This document shows positions 19,059 to 28,583 of a DNA stretch of 48,063 nucleotides, in pieces. The notes beneath the pieces are model-generated. The model was not told the DNA's origin and searched no databases. It saw only the letters and a program-made list of their open reading frames with translations. Numbering within the stretch: the first letter of the stretch is position 1; every line of letters starts with the position of its first letter. Origin of the DNA: Anaerolineae bacterium (GTDB lineage: Bacteria > Chloroflexota > Anaerolineae > Anaerolineales > UBA11858); NCBI GenBank assembly GCA_011176615.1, contig DUEG01000004.1, forward strand, positions 1 through 48,063, read 5' to 3'. Made by a program: the position numbers and the translations under genes.

Positions 19059-20486
19059 CTACTCCCTTGCAGCCTTTTCAATCGCATTTACAATTTTATA
19101 GTATCCAGTGCAGCGACAAATATTACCCGTAATTGCTTGGCGAATCTCATCGCGCGTTGGATGATCTCGCTCCTCCAATAATTTCTCCGCTGACATGATA
19201 AAACCAGGAATACAATAACCACATTGTACTGCTCCTTCATGAACGAACGCTTCCTGAATGTGACTTAGATTTTCCTTGTTCCCCACACCTTCAATGGTCA
19301 CAATCTCAGCATTATGTGCTCGTGGAGCAGGAACAAGACAACTCATAACAGCAATACCGTCTAAAAAGACAGTACAAGCCCCACATTCTCCTTCATCACA
19401 ACCTTCTTTTGTCCCCACTAAGCCAGCATCCTCACGTAATAACCGAAGCAATGTTTTTTTATAACCGGTTTTGAACTCGTATTGTCTGCCATTAATGGTC
19501 GTCTGTATTAACTGCTTGCCATCATGGAGTGAGGAGTTCCGCAGATCAGGTAAAAGTCCTTTGGTCTTTGACCCCCATAATAATACAGGATTACTAGGAA
19601 GAGAATCGTTCTCCTTTCGTTCCCAAATCGACCGAAGACTACGGTTAACCAAAACACGCACCATTTCTCTCCTATACTCAGCAGAGCCGCGAACATCAGT
19701 TATCGGTTGCGCAGATTCCATCGCTAGTTTTGCGGTATTCTGAATAACGGATTCGGAGAGGTATTCACTGCGGATATTATTTTCAGCATTTAATGCACGA
19801 ATGATTGTAGGAGCGACAGCGCCCAGCGTAATCGAGGCTTCCTTAACAAATGGATTCCTATTTCCTTTATCCTCTGTATCAAGGATTACCGCAACATTTA
19901 CAACTGAGATTGCCTGAGCCCGTCTTAATCCCAGTTTCATGAACATTCCATGTTGATTTGTACTCATCGCGGGAAATTTAATATCGACCAACATTTCATC
20001 AGATCGCAATACTGTTTTTCGCACTCCCAGATAAAATTCCTTAAGTGGAACCACGCGCTCACCTTTTGTTGAACGTAAAACAACCTGAGCATCCATAGCC
20101 ATGAGCGGTGTTATCGTATCATTTGCTGGGGACGCTGTAATTAAATTCCCCGCAACTGTTCCTCGATTTCTAATTTGAGGAGCGCCAACCTTCCATGATG
20201 CTTGAGCAAGCGGAAGCCCCCGTTCTCGGATCAATTTCGATGACACGCAATGGTTGTGAGTAACCATTGGGCCCAAGTGAATCCAATCATCTTCATCAAT
20301 ACTTATCCCCTCCAGACCAGATATTCTGGATACATCAATTATTACATCTATTCCAGTACGGATACCCCGCTCAAGTTCTAGGATTAAATCTGTAGCGCCA
20401 GCAACAATCCTTGCTTGATCACCATATTCTGCTAAAGTTCTTACGACCTCATCAACATTAGTTGCATTGATATATTTGTTCCACAT
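19059..20486 (-). CDS. XDH-family fused FAD-binding (CoxM-like, N) and [2Fe-2S] (CoxS-like, C) subunit
   Basis: The N-terminus has the FAD-binding-5 type segment IVAGATDLILELERG. The C-terminus has GCDEGECGACTV, QCGYCIPGF and NICRCTGY ferredoxin/2Fe-2S motifs. GGAG RBS upstream. Confidence 0.9.
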   Translation of the reverse strand: MWNKYINATNVDEVVRTLAEYGDQARIVAGATDLILELERGIRTGIDVIIDVSRISGLEGISIDEDDWIHLGPMVTHNHCVSSKLIRERGLPLAQASWKVGAPQIRNRGTVAGNLITASPANDTITPLMAMDAQVVLRSTKGERVVPLKEFYLGVRKTVLRSDEMLVDIKFPAMSTNQHGMFMKLGLRRAQAISVVNVAVILDTEDKGNRNPFVKEASITLGAVAPTIIRALNAENNIRSEYLSESVIQNTAKLAMESAQPITDVRGSAEYRREMVRVLVNRSLRSIWERKENDSLPSNPVLLWGSKTKGLLPDLRNSSLHDGKQLIQTTINGRQYEFKTGYKKTLLRLLREDAGLVGTKEGCDEGECGACTVFLDGIAVMSCLVPAPRAHNAEIVTIEGVGNKENLSHIQEAFVHEGAVQCGYCIPGFIMSAEKLLEERDHPTRDEIRQAITGNICRCTGYYKIVNAIEKAARE

Positions 20487-20635
20487 CTATGTTCTCCAAA
20501 ATGGGATGTTAGTTATTTATTCCTGATATCGCAGTTGCATTTTCATCATTTATCATCAGATATAACATCATGCCTGCTAATTAACTCAAAAATAATTTCG
20601 TTACTCATTCGTTCAAACACTCTAAGCATGCTCTA

Positions 20636-21985
20636 TTAACTTTCTAATAAACCCAAAAACAATGGTAACAACTGTTTCTTTCGCGAAACAACGCCTTTTG
20701 CTTTTCGAATACCATACCCAATTGTTGGATATGGCAAATCATCGAACAAAGGGGGAAATGGTTGCGTAAAAATAAGATCAGACGATCCTCTGACAACATC
20801 CGTAACCATAAGCATTGCAAATTCGAGCCCCTTTGTGTCTCGTAAATTCAATAATGCTTTCTTTAACGGTTCCAAATGTTCTTGTAGTTGTAATAAATTA
20901 GTCACTTCAACCTGTGCAATCGCAAATTTAATACCTCCTGCTTCATACATCTTCATGTCTGATTGAACTATTTCATTCGGATCGCGCGTTTCAAGCCCTG
21001 CGCCAGATTTTAGAACTGCATCACTATAAGTTTCGAGTGTTTCCCCCTTCAATGGACTGTCCCAAGCAAATGCCCAGCGGCTTAATCTTTCCGCTGCTTC
21101 CCTATCCCTTTCTATCGTTGTTGGAGAGGTTAGAAAAAGCGTATCAGAGACAAGTCCTGCTAATAATAATCCTGCTATTTCCGAGGGTGCGCTTAAACCC
21201 GCTTCCTCAATCCTTTCTGAAACCAATGTGCTCGTACTACCAACGACATCTACTGTAAACCGTATTGGTAAGCGCGTTGAATGATTCCCTAAACGATGGT
21301 GATCCAGGATTTCCAATAATTCGGCTTCTTCGATTGAACCCAATGCTTGTTCCACCTCATTATGATCGACCAAAATAAGCCTTAAACGAGGTGGATTTAG
21401 GAGATCCCGTTGACGGCAAACACCTTGGTACTTACCCTTATCATCTACTACAAGGAAATAATTTCTTTCTTCTCTCAAGATCCTTTTTAAAGCATCTCGA
21501 ATTCGTGTACCAGACTGAAATCGAGGAACATCCATGTCTGCTGCATTGTGAGAGGGCAGATCCAATATCTCGGAAATCCGCATTTCTTGTCTTTTTGGTT
21601 GAAGTCCAACGAGGTCGCCAAAAAACGAGAAAAGGGTTAACCCTGTGATCAATCCAGAAGGTGACCCATCCTCATTAACCACAGGAGCAATACCCCCTGT
21701 TCGACTAGCAATTGCCCAGGCTTCTCGGAGAGGTCTGTCAGGCAATACCGTGTCAATCCGCCGTGTAACTGACTCAAATCTTGGGGAGGCATCTGTCAAG
21801 AGAATTGGCGCCTCGAGTTTTAATCGATTTAATACCCAGGTCGTCTGCGGATTTATTGCTCCAGCACGAGCAGCAACGACATCCAAACCATCTCTTTCCT
21901 TTAGTAACCAAGCATATCCCACTGCAGAAGCGATTGAATCCGTGTCTGGATTTACATGCCCGATTACATAAATTCTTTCTTGCAT
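20636..21985 (-). CDS. CBS-domain-containing family II (DHH/DHHA2) inorganic pyrophosphatase-like protein
   Basis: DHH motifs HVNPDTDSIAS, LVDHNE and ILDHHRLG, with about 130 aa of CBS-like insert between motifs and a C-terminal DHHA2-like region. 449 aa. Confidence 0.75.
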   Translation of the reverse strand: MQERIYVIGHVNPDTDSIASAVGYAWLLKERDGLDVVAARAGAINPQTTWVLNRLKLEAPILLTDASPRFESVTRRIDTVLPDRPLREAWAIASRTGGIAPVVNEDGSPSGLITGLTLFSFFGDLVGLQPKRQEMRISEILDLPSHNAADMDVPRFQSGTRIRDALKRILREERNYFLVVDDKGKYQGVCRQRDLLNPPRLRLILVDHNEVEQALGSIEEAELLEILDHHRLGNHSTRLPIRFTVDVVGSTSTLVSERIEEAGLSAPSEIAGLLLAGLVSDTLFLTSPTTIERDREAAERLSRWAFAWDSPLKGETLETYSDAVLKSGAGLETRDPNEIVQSDMKMYEAGGIKFAIAQVEVTNLLQLQEHLEPLKKALLNLRDTKGLEFAMLMVTDVVRGSSDLIFTQPFPPLFDDLPYPTIGYGIRKAKGVVSRKKQLLPLFLGLLES

Positions 21986-22087
21986 AAGCTTTTCTTTAAA
22001 TTGACCTTCTGTCTGAAAAATTTCGTCTAATAACTAGTATCTTTTGAAAATACACACGCAATCCCATTAACAAGCATTCGTTCATTG

Positions 22088-22561
22088 TCAATCATAAACT
22101 TTCCAACCCAGAGCATACAAATCCACATCATCAAACATCGATTTCGGAATATCCACTAACACAGCATCTGCCTCGGCGAGCAATTCGCCATTTTCATCCA
22201 ACACTTGTGCTCTTGATGTTGCGCTGTGTGCTTTCACTTTCACAGGACGACCAATTATCCGAATCGGTTTCTCCACAGGAACAGGTTTTCGATAATGTAC
22301 AGTTAATCTTGCAGTATACATAAAACGAGGGTTATTCGGATCGTTACCCATATGCACCCTGCCCAAGACTTCATCTACCATACTGGCTACAATTCCTCCA
22401 TGAGCAACACCGGGATAACCCTGGTAATTTTCCGGAATAATGTGATCACAAATTACCTCGCCACTTTCTGTCTCAAAGAATTCCAAATGTAATCCTATTG
22501 GATTTTTAACCCCGCATACAAAGCAGTCCAAAGAACTCGGTTGTTTTATCAAGTCAGCCAT
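22088..22561 (-). CDS. PaaI-family hotdog-fold thioesterase
   Basis: 157 aa with CFVCG..NP.GLHL and GVAHGGIVASMVDE, typical of PaaI/4HBT-type thioesterases. Confidence 0.8.
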   Translation of the reverse strand: MADLIKQPSSLDCFVCGVKNPIGLHLEFFETESGEVICDHIIPENYQGYPGVAHGGIVASMVDEVLGRVHMGNDPNNPRFMYTARLTVHYRKPVPVEKPIRIIGRPVKVKAHSATSRAQVLDENGELLAEADAVLVDIPKSMFDDVDLYALGWKVYD

Positions 22562-22600
22562 GTTATTTCCTTATTATTGATAATCAATGAATGTAAGAGA

Positions 22601-23614
22601 TCAAGGTGCAAATGTGTCAATTAATAATTTGACGTCACCACCAACAGGATAAAGTATCGGGCAAGTACAACCGTGATCAATATACTCTTTCACTTTAGTT
22701 CTCGCCTCTTCAGGTGTTCCCGACGCTGTTATACGGTGAATCAATTCATCCGGTACAAAATGCTTTGCATTCTGAATCTCCTCATGTGTTGCAGGCCAGC
22801 CCAGGATTGATTGTATCTTTTGAACAATATCTTTCGATACGCCTGATGCTTTCGCAATATGTGGCTGTTGGGCAAGATATTGAGTGAGCAACTCCCTTGT
22901 TGTATCTATCGCCTTATCCCGATCATTATCAACCGAACAAACGACTAGTTGCGGACGATCGAGACTATCAACTGTTCTGTCGACTGATCTTGCTCCTTCG
23001 TCCAGTAATTCAAGTGCATGATCGTTATATTCAGGAGGAACACAATAATTCAACACTACCCCATCTGCAATTTCTCCTGTCATTCTCAACATATTTGGTC
23101 CTGTGGCACCGATCATGATCGGCACATTCCTCGGTTCCCTTCTTCCATGGACCACGTCCAATTCGATACCCTCTACATTTATAAATTCTCCATGGAAAGT
23201 AACTCGTTCCATATTAAGCAAACGGCGTAAAACCAATACGGTTTCTTTCATTGCAGTTAATGGTTTTTTGCGATTTATACCAACATTTTTTGCAAGCGGA
23301 TCCCACCATGCACCCAATCCACAGATAATCCTATCAGGAGCCAGGTCATCAAGCGTTAGAAATGTTGCTGCCAACAACCCAATATTACGTGTCCAGTTAT
23401 TTATCACCCCTGAACCGACCTTTATCTTATTGGTCACAGCAGCATACGCAGCCATAGGTACAATTGCATCTCTCACTAGTCTTGATTCTGCTTGCCACAC
23501 GGCTTCAAAACCCTTTGCTTCAGCATAGCGGACATAATCCAATCCATCACGAAGATCATGTGCATCTTGTAAATAAAGCGCAACTCTTTCCACAGCAAAC
23601 TCCTTTATCATCAA
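22601..23614 (-). CDS. Luciferase-like (LLM class) oxidoreductase, probably F420-dependent (Mer-like)
   Basis: About 330 aa TIM-barrel LLM pattern ([33 protein letters not shown]). The likely true start is the GTG at 23593, which is preceded by AAGGAG at a 6-nt spacing. The ORF-track start is 23614. Genomic context is F420 genes. Confidence 0.78.
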   Translation of the reverse strand: MMIKEFAVERVALYLQDAHDLRDGLDYVRYAEAKGFEAVWQAESRLVRDAIVPMAAYAAVTNKIKVGSGVINNWTRNIGLLAATFLTLDDLAPDRIICGLGAWWDPLAKNVGINRKKPLTAMKETVLVLRRLLNMERVTFHGEFINVEGIELDVVHGRREPRNVPIMIGATGPNMLRMTGEIADGVVLNYCVPPEYNDHALELLDEGARSVDRTVDSLDRPQLVVCSVDNDRDKAIDTTRELLTQYLAQQPHIAKASGVSKDIVQKIQSILGWPATHEEIQNAKHFVPDELIHRITASGTPEEARTKVKEYIDHGCTCPILYPVGGDVKLLIDTFAP

Positions 23615-23627
23615 AGTATATTCTAAT

Positions 23628-24236
23628 CTAAATGCTAATATTCAACCGATCTTCAAGTATTTCGAAATCTTCCGGTACGTCTAAATCCAATGTCAATGAT
23701 GGTAAGTCACAAATCTCAAGACGTGCGCCTGCTTCTTTTGCAAGTTGACAATGACGTGCAAATGAATCATCACCGAATTGATAATCAATTAAACCTATTG
23801 GACATACAAGCAATGCATTTGTCCCGCGATAATGCCGATCGGGTGCTATAACAACTACGGGGGGCTTTTTACCTTTATCCAAAAGAAATTGTACATCTTC
23901 CTTTGTAATCAACGGTAAGTCTGCTGGAAGGATCAAGACCCCACGTGTCGTGTACGATTTCGCAACGAAAGTTGCTCGTGTCAATGCAACATTTAATTCA
24001 GGTTCTCCGTTTTCCAATACTGTTTTCGCCCCGTTTTCACGAGCAATCGTTAACGTAGAATAATCTCGACTGACAACTAAAACTTGTTCTATTTCATCAA
24101 TACCTCTCAAAGTTTGAATCGTATGTTGCAATAATTTTCTATTTAAAGATAACCTTTGCTCATCGGTAAATACACCAGCCAACCTGGATTTTCCACTTCG
24201 CAAAGGCTTTACAGGTACAATTGCCCACAAGGTCAT
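23628..24236 (-). CDS. cofC: 2-phospho-L-lactate (or PEP/3PG) guanylyltransferase CofC/FbiD
   Basis: 202 aa. N-terminus [16 protein letters not shown], plus LILPADLPL, both typical of CofC. Confidence 0.85.
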   Translation of the reverse strand: MTLWAIVPVKPLRSGKSRLAGVFTDEQRLSLNRKLLQHTIQTLRGIDEIEQVLVVSRDYSTLTIARENGAKTVLENGEPELNVALTRATFVAKSYTTRGVLILPADLPLITKEDVQFLLDKGKKPPVVVIAPDRHYRGTNALLVCPIGLIDYQFGDDSFARHCQLAKEAGARLEICDLPSLTLDLDVPEDFEILEDRLNISI

Positions 24237-24361
24237 TGATTAACATCCTTTCTGTAGGTTGATTTGACCTCTTTACATAAGCAAGCATTCCGCTTAAATT
24301 GTCTGGGCGATTTCTCTTGGCGAATTCAAAACCACCATCATTTTAACAGATTATTAACAAA

Positions 24362-25288
24362 TCACAACCTCACAAAATAGTCGATTACTTCCTTAGCCAA
24401 TATTCTCCGATCTTCGCGATTCCTCATCACTGTTTGGGTAACCAGTGTTTCGATCCCCATGTTTTTGATAGATGTTTCATCCTCTTTATCAACGATATCT
24501 ATTGCAAACCCATTCAGAAAATCTTTATAAAGTTTTGCGACAGAAACAGAGGATGGAGAGAATCCTAACTCCTTGAACATTTTCGCCGCGGGTCCTTTCA
24601 CTGCTTTTCCACCAACGATTGGTGAAACGCCGACAACTGGCACCTTCCTTAGACTTTCTCTGATACCGGCTAAGGAGATGATAGGTCCGATGCTCACCCA
24701 AGGATTCGAAGGGCAAATGATAACAAGTTCCGAATTTTCTATCATCTCTATTATACCTTCGGAAGGTCTTGCTTGATCAATACCCACAAATCGAAAACCT
24801 TTCACTACGGGTTTAAATTGTCGATGGACAAAATATTCCTGGAAAGATAGTTCTCCTTCTTCAGTAAGCACCTTTGTCGGTATTGGTTCATCGCACATTG
24901 GGAAAACATCTTGTTTAATGTCCCATTTTCGACAAAATGCCCTTGTTATTTTACTTAATGAATCACCTCTATTTAGTCTCCTCGTCCTTTCAAGGTGTGT
25001 TGCGAGATCGCGATCGCCCAATTTAAACCACATTTCTGATCCTAGTTTTTCCAATTCCTCAGCGACAAACCAGGTTTCTTCATCTCTACCCCACCCAGTT
25101 TTCGGATTTGCAATTCCAGCCAGGGTATAGCAGATAGTGTCCAAATCAGGACAAATTTTCAAACCATAATGCACAAAATCGTCTCCGGTATTAACCACTA
25201 CAGATAAATCTTCTGGCGGCAGAATCATTGCTAAACCATCTACCATCTTCGCACCCCCAACACCACCTGCAAGTGCAACGACTTTCAT
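24362..25288 (-). CDS. cofD: 2-phospho-L-lactate transferase CofD/FbiA
   Basis: 308 aa. N-terminus VVALAGGVGGAKMVDGL, plus NTGDD and ICPSNPWVSIGPI. Confidence 0.9.
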   Translation of the reverse strand: MKVVALAGGVGGAKMVDGLAMILPPEDLSVVVNTGDDFVHYGLKICPDLDTICYTLAGIANPKTGWGRDEETWFVAEELEKLGSEMWFKLGDRDLATHLERTRRLNRGDSLSKITRAFCRKWDIKQDVFPMCDEPIPTKVLTEEGELSFQEYFVHRQFKPVVKGFRFVGIDQARPSEGIIEMIENSELVIICPSNPWVSIGPIISLAGIRESLRKVPVVGVSPIVGGKAVKGPAAKMFKELGFSPSSVSVAKLYKDFLNGFAIDIVDKEDETSIKNMGIETLVTQTVMRNREDRRILAKEVIDYFVRL

Positions 25289-25292
25289 CAGA

Positions 25293-25685
25293 TCATTCCA
25301 TATTAATTGGTCTAATTTTATAGATCACGCGTACTTCTTCGGGAGATTTTAGATTAAATACATCCTCACCTGTATATTTCTTGCATAATGCATTAATATG
25401 CTCACGCGCAGATTTTTCGGTAATCTCCACAACCTTACCCCGAATTTGAAGATAACGATACATATCCGTTGGGTCGACGATCGCAATCGCAACATATGGG
25501 TTAACCCTAATATTGGTATCCTTTACTCTCCCCTTTGCTGAATTAATTAATATATTCTCCCCATCTGTATTGAACCAAACTGGAGTGACCTGGGGTGTTC
25601 CATCATTCATAATCGTCGCTAGAAATGCAAAAGATCTCTTCTCATCAGATAATAGATCCACATATTCATTTGGTATTCCAAGCAT
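25293..25685 (-). CDS. PPOX-class (split beta-barrel, PNPOx-like) probable F420-dependent protein
   Basis: About 130 aa with the pattern FAFLATIMNDGTPQVTPVWF...ILINSAKGRVKDTNIRVNPYVAIAI..Y.QIRG. I chose the ATG at 25685 because AAAGGA lies 6 nt upstream. The ORF track begins at a TTG at 25691. Confidence 0.78.
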   Translation of the reverse strand: MLGIPNEYVDLLSDEKRSFAFLATIMNDGTPQVTPVWFNTDGENILINSAKGRVKDTNIRVNPYVAIAIVDPTDMYRYLQIRGKVVEITEKSAREHINALCKKYTGEDVFNLKSPEEVRVIYKIRPINME

Positions 25686-25733
25686 CCTCAATCCTTTCGT
25701 AGTTCACACGATCATGATAAGTTTGACTCTACC

Positions 25734-26519
25734 TTATCTAAATAAATCCAATTCCTTTGGACGGATCAATTCGTTTAATTGTGATTTCCTCAAATTGTAG
25801 GGAAAGCCGCGAACATGGATAACTGGTGTTCCCTCCGCTGCCTGTCCCATCATTAATGATGCTGCTGCTGCCAACTCATCCGCAACACCGACGTCCGTTG
25901 CTCTTAATCGAAAACCATACAAATCTTTTACACCGCGCAGGTCAACCAGTGCAGGCAAGCCAGATACACCAATTGCGACACCAACAGTACCCAAACGCCA
26001 AGCGCGGCCATGGGAATCGATGATTAATACACCTATCTCAATCCCCAACAATCGAGTTATTCCAGATCTTATTGCACTAGCAGACTGGTCTGGATTTTGG
26101 GGCAATAATAAAACCCAATCCTCATCATCCCCATACGTACCTTTTACATTTGAATGGTCGATACCCGCATTTGCACAAACAAACCCTAATTTATGTTCGA
26201 CGATGATTAACCCTTTGCGTATCCGTAATACCTCGTTACTTTCTTGCAAGATTAATTCAATCAGCCGAGGGTCCTTTCCTGTAATCTCTCCTAATCGTTT
26301 CGCCTCTCTACTCGGTGAAACATCCTTTAAATTTCTTAGTCTTCCTTCTGATTTAGACACGATTTTCTGAGCAATGACAATAACGTCATTGTTCTTTAAT
26401 TCAATCCTCTCGACTTTTAGAGAATCAAGAATAACCCGAACTAAATCATCCCCTTTGTTTATATCTGGTATTCCGAATAATGGTGTTAAAACAAGCGCTG
26501 GTCTTTTCTTATCCATCAC
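25734..26519 (-). CDS. cofE: Coenzyme F420-0:L-glutamate ligase CofE (single-domain type)
   Basis: 261 aa with VVIAQKIVSKSEGR, NAGID.SN and LIIDSHGRAWR.G. There is no C-terminal nitroreductase-like extension. The start abuts the fno stop. Confidence 0.88.
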   Translation of the reverse strand: MMDKKRPALVLTPLFGIPDINKGDDLVRVILDSLKVERIELKNNDVIVIAQKIVSKSEGRLRNLKDVSPSREAKRLGEITGKDPRLIELILQESNEVLRIRKGLIIVEHKLGFVCANAGIDHSNVKGTYGDDEDWVLLLPQNPDQSASAIRSGITRLLGIEIGVLIIDSHGRAWRLGTVGVAIGVSGLPALVDLRGVKDLYGFRLRATDVGVADELAAAASLMMGQAAEGTPVIHVRGFPYNLRKSQLNELIRPKELDLFR

Positions 26520-26521
26520 GG

Positions 26522-27196
26522 TTAATCTATATTAATACCGCTAATTCCAATGCTGGCTGTTTTTGTTCCATAGTATTTATTTATGCTAATCAGAAGCGCC
26601 GTCATACCCTCTACAACAATCGAATTATCCAAACCACCTGCATAAAAAGCGCGCATACCCATATCCTTAGCCATTCGAATAACCGTATTTGCAGCATCGA
26701 TATCATCCGCACAAACGAGGACATCAGTATTTAATTTTTTACCAATATTCTTTTTCAATGTATGAGCGGGCACATTCTGAAATGCTCCCACAACTATCAC
26801 TTCTTCCCCTAGAATATCCTGAGCAATTCTAGGCGCAGATGGTGGTTCAGGAGGATAAGGATTCCGGAATTCGACTCTTGCTGTAGCATCTACCAAAATT
26901 TTCCCCTTTAATGCATTTTTAAGACCCTGTAAGGCTGGCTCATGAGCAGACTGTACAACCGTTAAGATCGCAATATTGCACGCTTTAGCAGCATCACCAT
27001 TTAGTTGCCCTTCTACAAAAGAACTACCCATTTCCGAATTAATGCTCTCCGCGGTTTTCTTCGCTTTTTCGAGTTTTCGGGAACCGATAATTATCCGATA
27101 TCCTGCCCCAGACAAGCGTCTGGCTAAACCCGGACCCTCTTTTCCAGTTCCTCCTAATATAGCAACAATTGGCTTTTTTTCACTTACTACACGCAT
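26522..27196 (-). CDS. fno: NADPH-dependent F420 reductase (Fno/NpdG)
   Basis: 224 aa. N-terminus IVAILGGTGKEGPGLARRLSGAGYRIIIGSRKLEKA, typical of NpdG/Fno. Confidence 0.85.
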   Translation of the reverse strand: MRVVSEKKPIVAILGGTGKEGPGLARRLSGAGYRIIIGSRKLEKAKKTAESINSEMGSSFVEGQLNGDAAKACNIAILTVVQSAHEPALQGLKNALKGKILVDATARVEFRNPYPPEPPSAPRIAQDILGEEVIVVGAFQNVPAHTLKKNIGKKLNTDVLVCADDIDAANTVIRMAKDMGMRAFYAGGLDNSIVVEGMTALLISINKYYGTKTASIGISGINID

Positions 27197-27209
27197 AGTA
27201 TCACCTTTA

Positions 27210-28583
27210 TTATGATGATTTTAGGTATTTTCCAGACTGTACTATTTTTTCGTATCTCTCCCATATTTTGGGCGTAATTGATCGTCCATACTCAGTTATT
27301 TGTTCTTCATCAAGCGTTAGAATCTCTCTGTCGCGCATCAGCACTTTGCCATCGACAATGGTTGTGGTAACCATACTTTCATGAAAGCCAAAGAGTATAT
27401 GCCAAGGTAAATTCTCGGAAGTCAACAGTGTGTACGGATGGTAATCAACGAATATTAAATCAGCATATGCACCTGGTGAAATTTCACCAATTTTATTATC
27501 TTTAAAGAATTTACTTGCCAGCGCAGCATTGTTATATACACCCATTTGGATGACATCTTGACCATTCATTCGGCGAGGGTCTTTGTGAATGATTTTTTGC
27601 AGTAGATATGCAGTTTTCCATTCCTCCCACATAGTATGGTTAAAACCATCTGTACCAATACAAACCGGAATACCCAATCTCAGGTATGATTCTACATCAG
27701 CAACACCAACCCCATTATTCATGTTAGAGCGCGGCTGATGAGTAACCCAAGTTCTCGATGTTGCTAATTGAAGCGCCTCCTTTGCATCAATATGCACAGC
27801 ATGGACAACAATTGAATTATTCCCTAACATCTCGTGCTTTGCTAAACGGTCCACAACCCTCATCCCCGTCTTTGCCAAACTATCATATTCGTCATCCTGA
27901 TGCTCAGCAACATGGATATGAAAGCCAACATCATCTGGCGCAGCCTTCTTGCAATTATCAAGGGTTTCTTCTGACAATGTCAAACTCGCATGAAGCCCAA
28001 ATGTCCCTGCAAGGCGTCCATTCGCAAGGTGTTCTTCCCTGCTTTTCTGAATAAAACGAATGTTTTCATCAATTCCGTTAAGAGCTCCTTGTTTTCCATT
28101 TCTATCTGTAACTTCGTAGCATAACACTCCCCGCAAACCTGATAAATCCACTGCATCAGCAATTACATCCAAAGATCCCTCGATAAAATTAGGAGAAGCG
28201 TGATGGTCAAAAATAGTTGTCGTGCCATGTTTGATCGCATCCGCTAACATAACAAGAGCAGAAACGCGAACCGCATCTTCATCTAACACATAATCTAATG
28301 ACCACCACAATTTCTTTAGTATCTCTGGAAAATCTCGCGGAGAGGCACCCGGAATAGCCATTCCGCGCGCAAAGGCGCCATAAAAATGGGTGTGTGCACA
28401 GATATTTCCTGGCATAACATATTGACCTTTTGCATCAATGATTTCATCGTCTTTGTATTTAGACAATATATCTTTTTCCAAGCCTATTTCACGGATAACA
28501 CCCCCCGAAATAGCAAGTGCATAATTCTCCAAAATCCGGTTATTCGCTCCCCAAGTGATTAGTTTCCCATTTTTTATAATCAT
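27210..28583 (-). CDS. Amidohydrolase-superfamily protein, SsnA-like putative aminohydrolase
   Basis: 457 aa. Metal motif PGNICAHTHFYGAFARGM (compare E. coli SsnA PGIVCSHNHFYSGLSRG), plus HVAEH and a late GTDG. GGGAG RBS upstream. Confidence 0.72.
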   Translation of the reverse strand: MIIKNGKLITWGANNRILENYALAISGGVIREIGLEKDILSKYKDDEIIDAKGQYVMPGNICAHTHFYGAFARGMAIPGASPRDFPEILKKLWWSLDYVLDEDAVRVSALVMLADAIKHGTTTIFDHHASPNFIEGSLDVIADAVDLSGLRGVLCYEVTDRNGKQGALNGIDENIRFIQKSREEHLANGRLAGTFGLHASLTLSEETLDNCKKAAPDDVGFHIHVAEHQDDEYDSLAKTGMRVVDRLAKHEMLGNNSIVVHAVHIDAKEALQLATSRTWVTHQPRSNMNNGVGVADVESYLRLGIPVCIGTDGFNHTMWEEWKTAYLLQKIIHKDPRRMNGQDVIQMGVYNNAALASKFFKDNKIGEISPGAYADLIFVDYHPYTLLTSENLPWHILFGFHESMVTTTIVDGKVLMRDREILTLDEEQITEYGRSITPKIWERYEKIVQSGKYLKSS

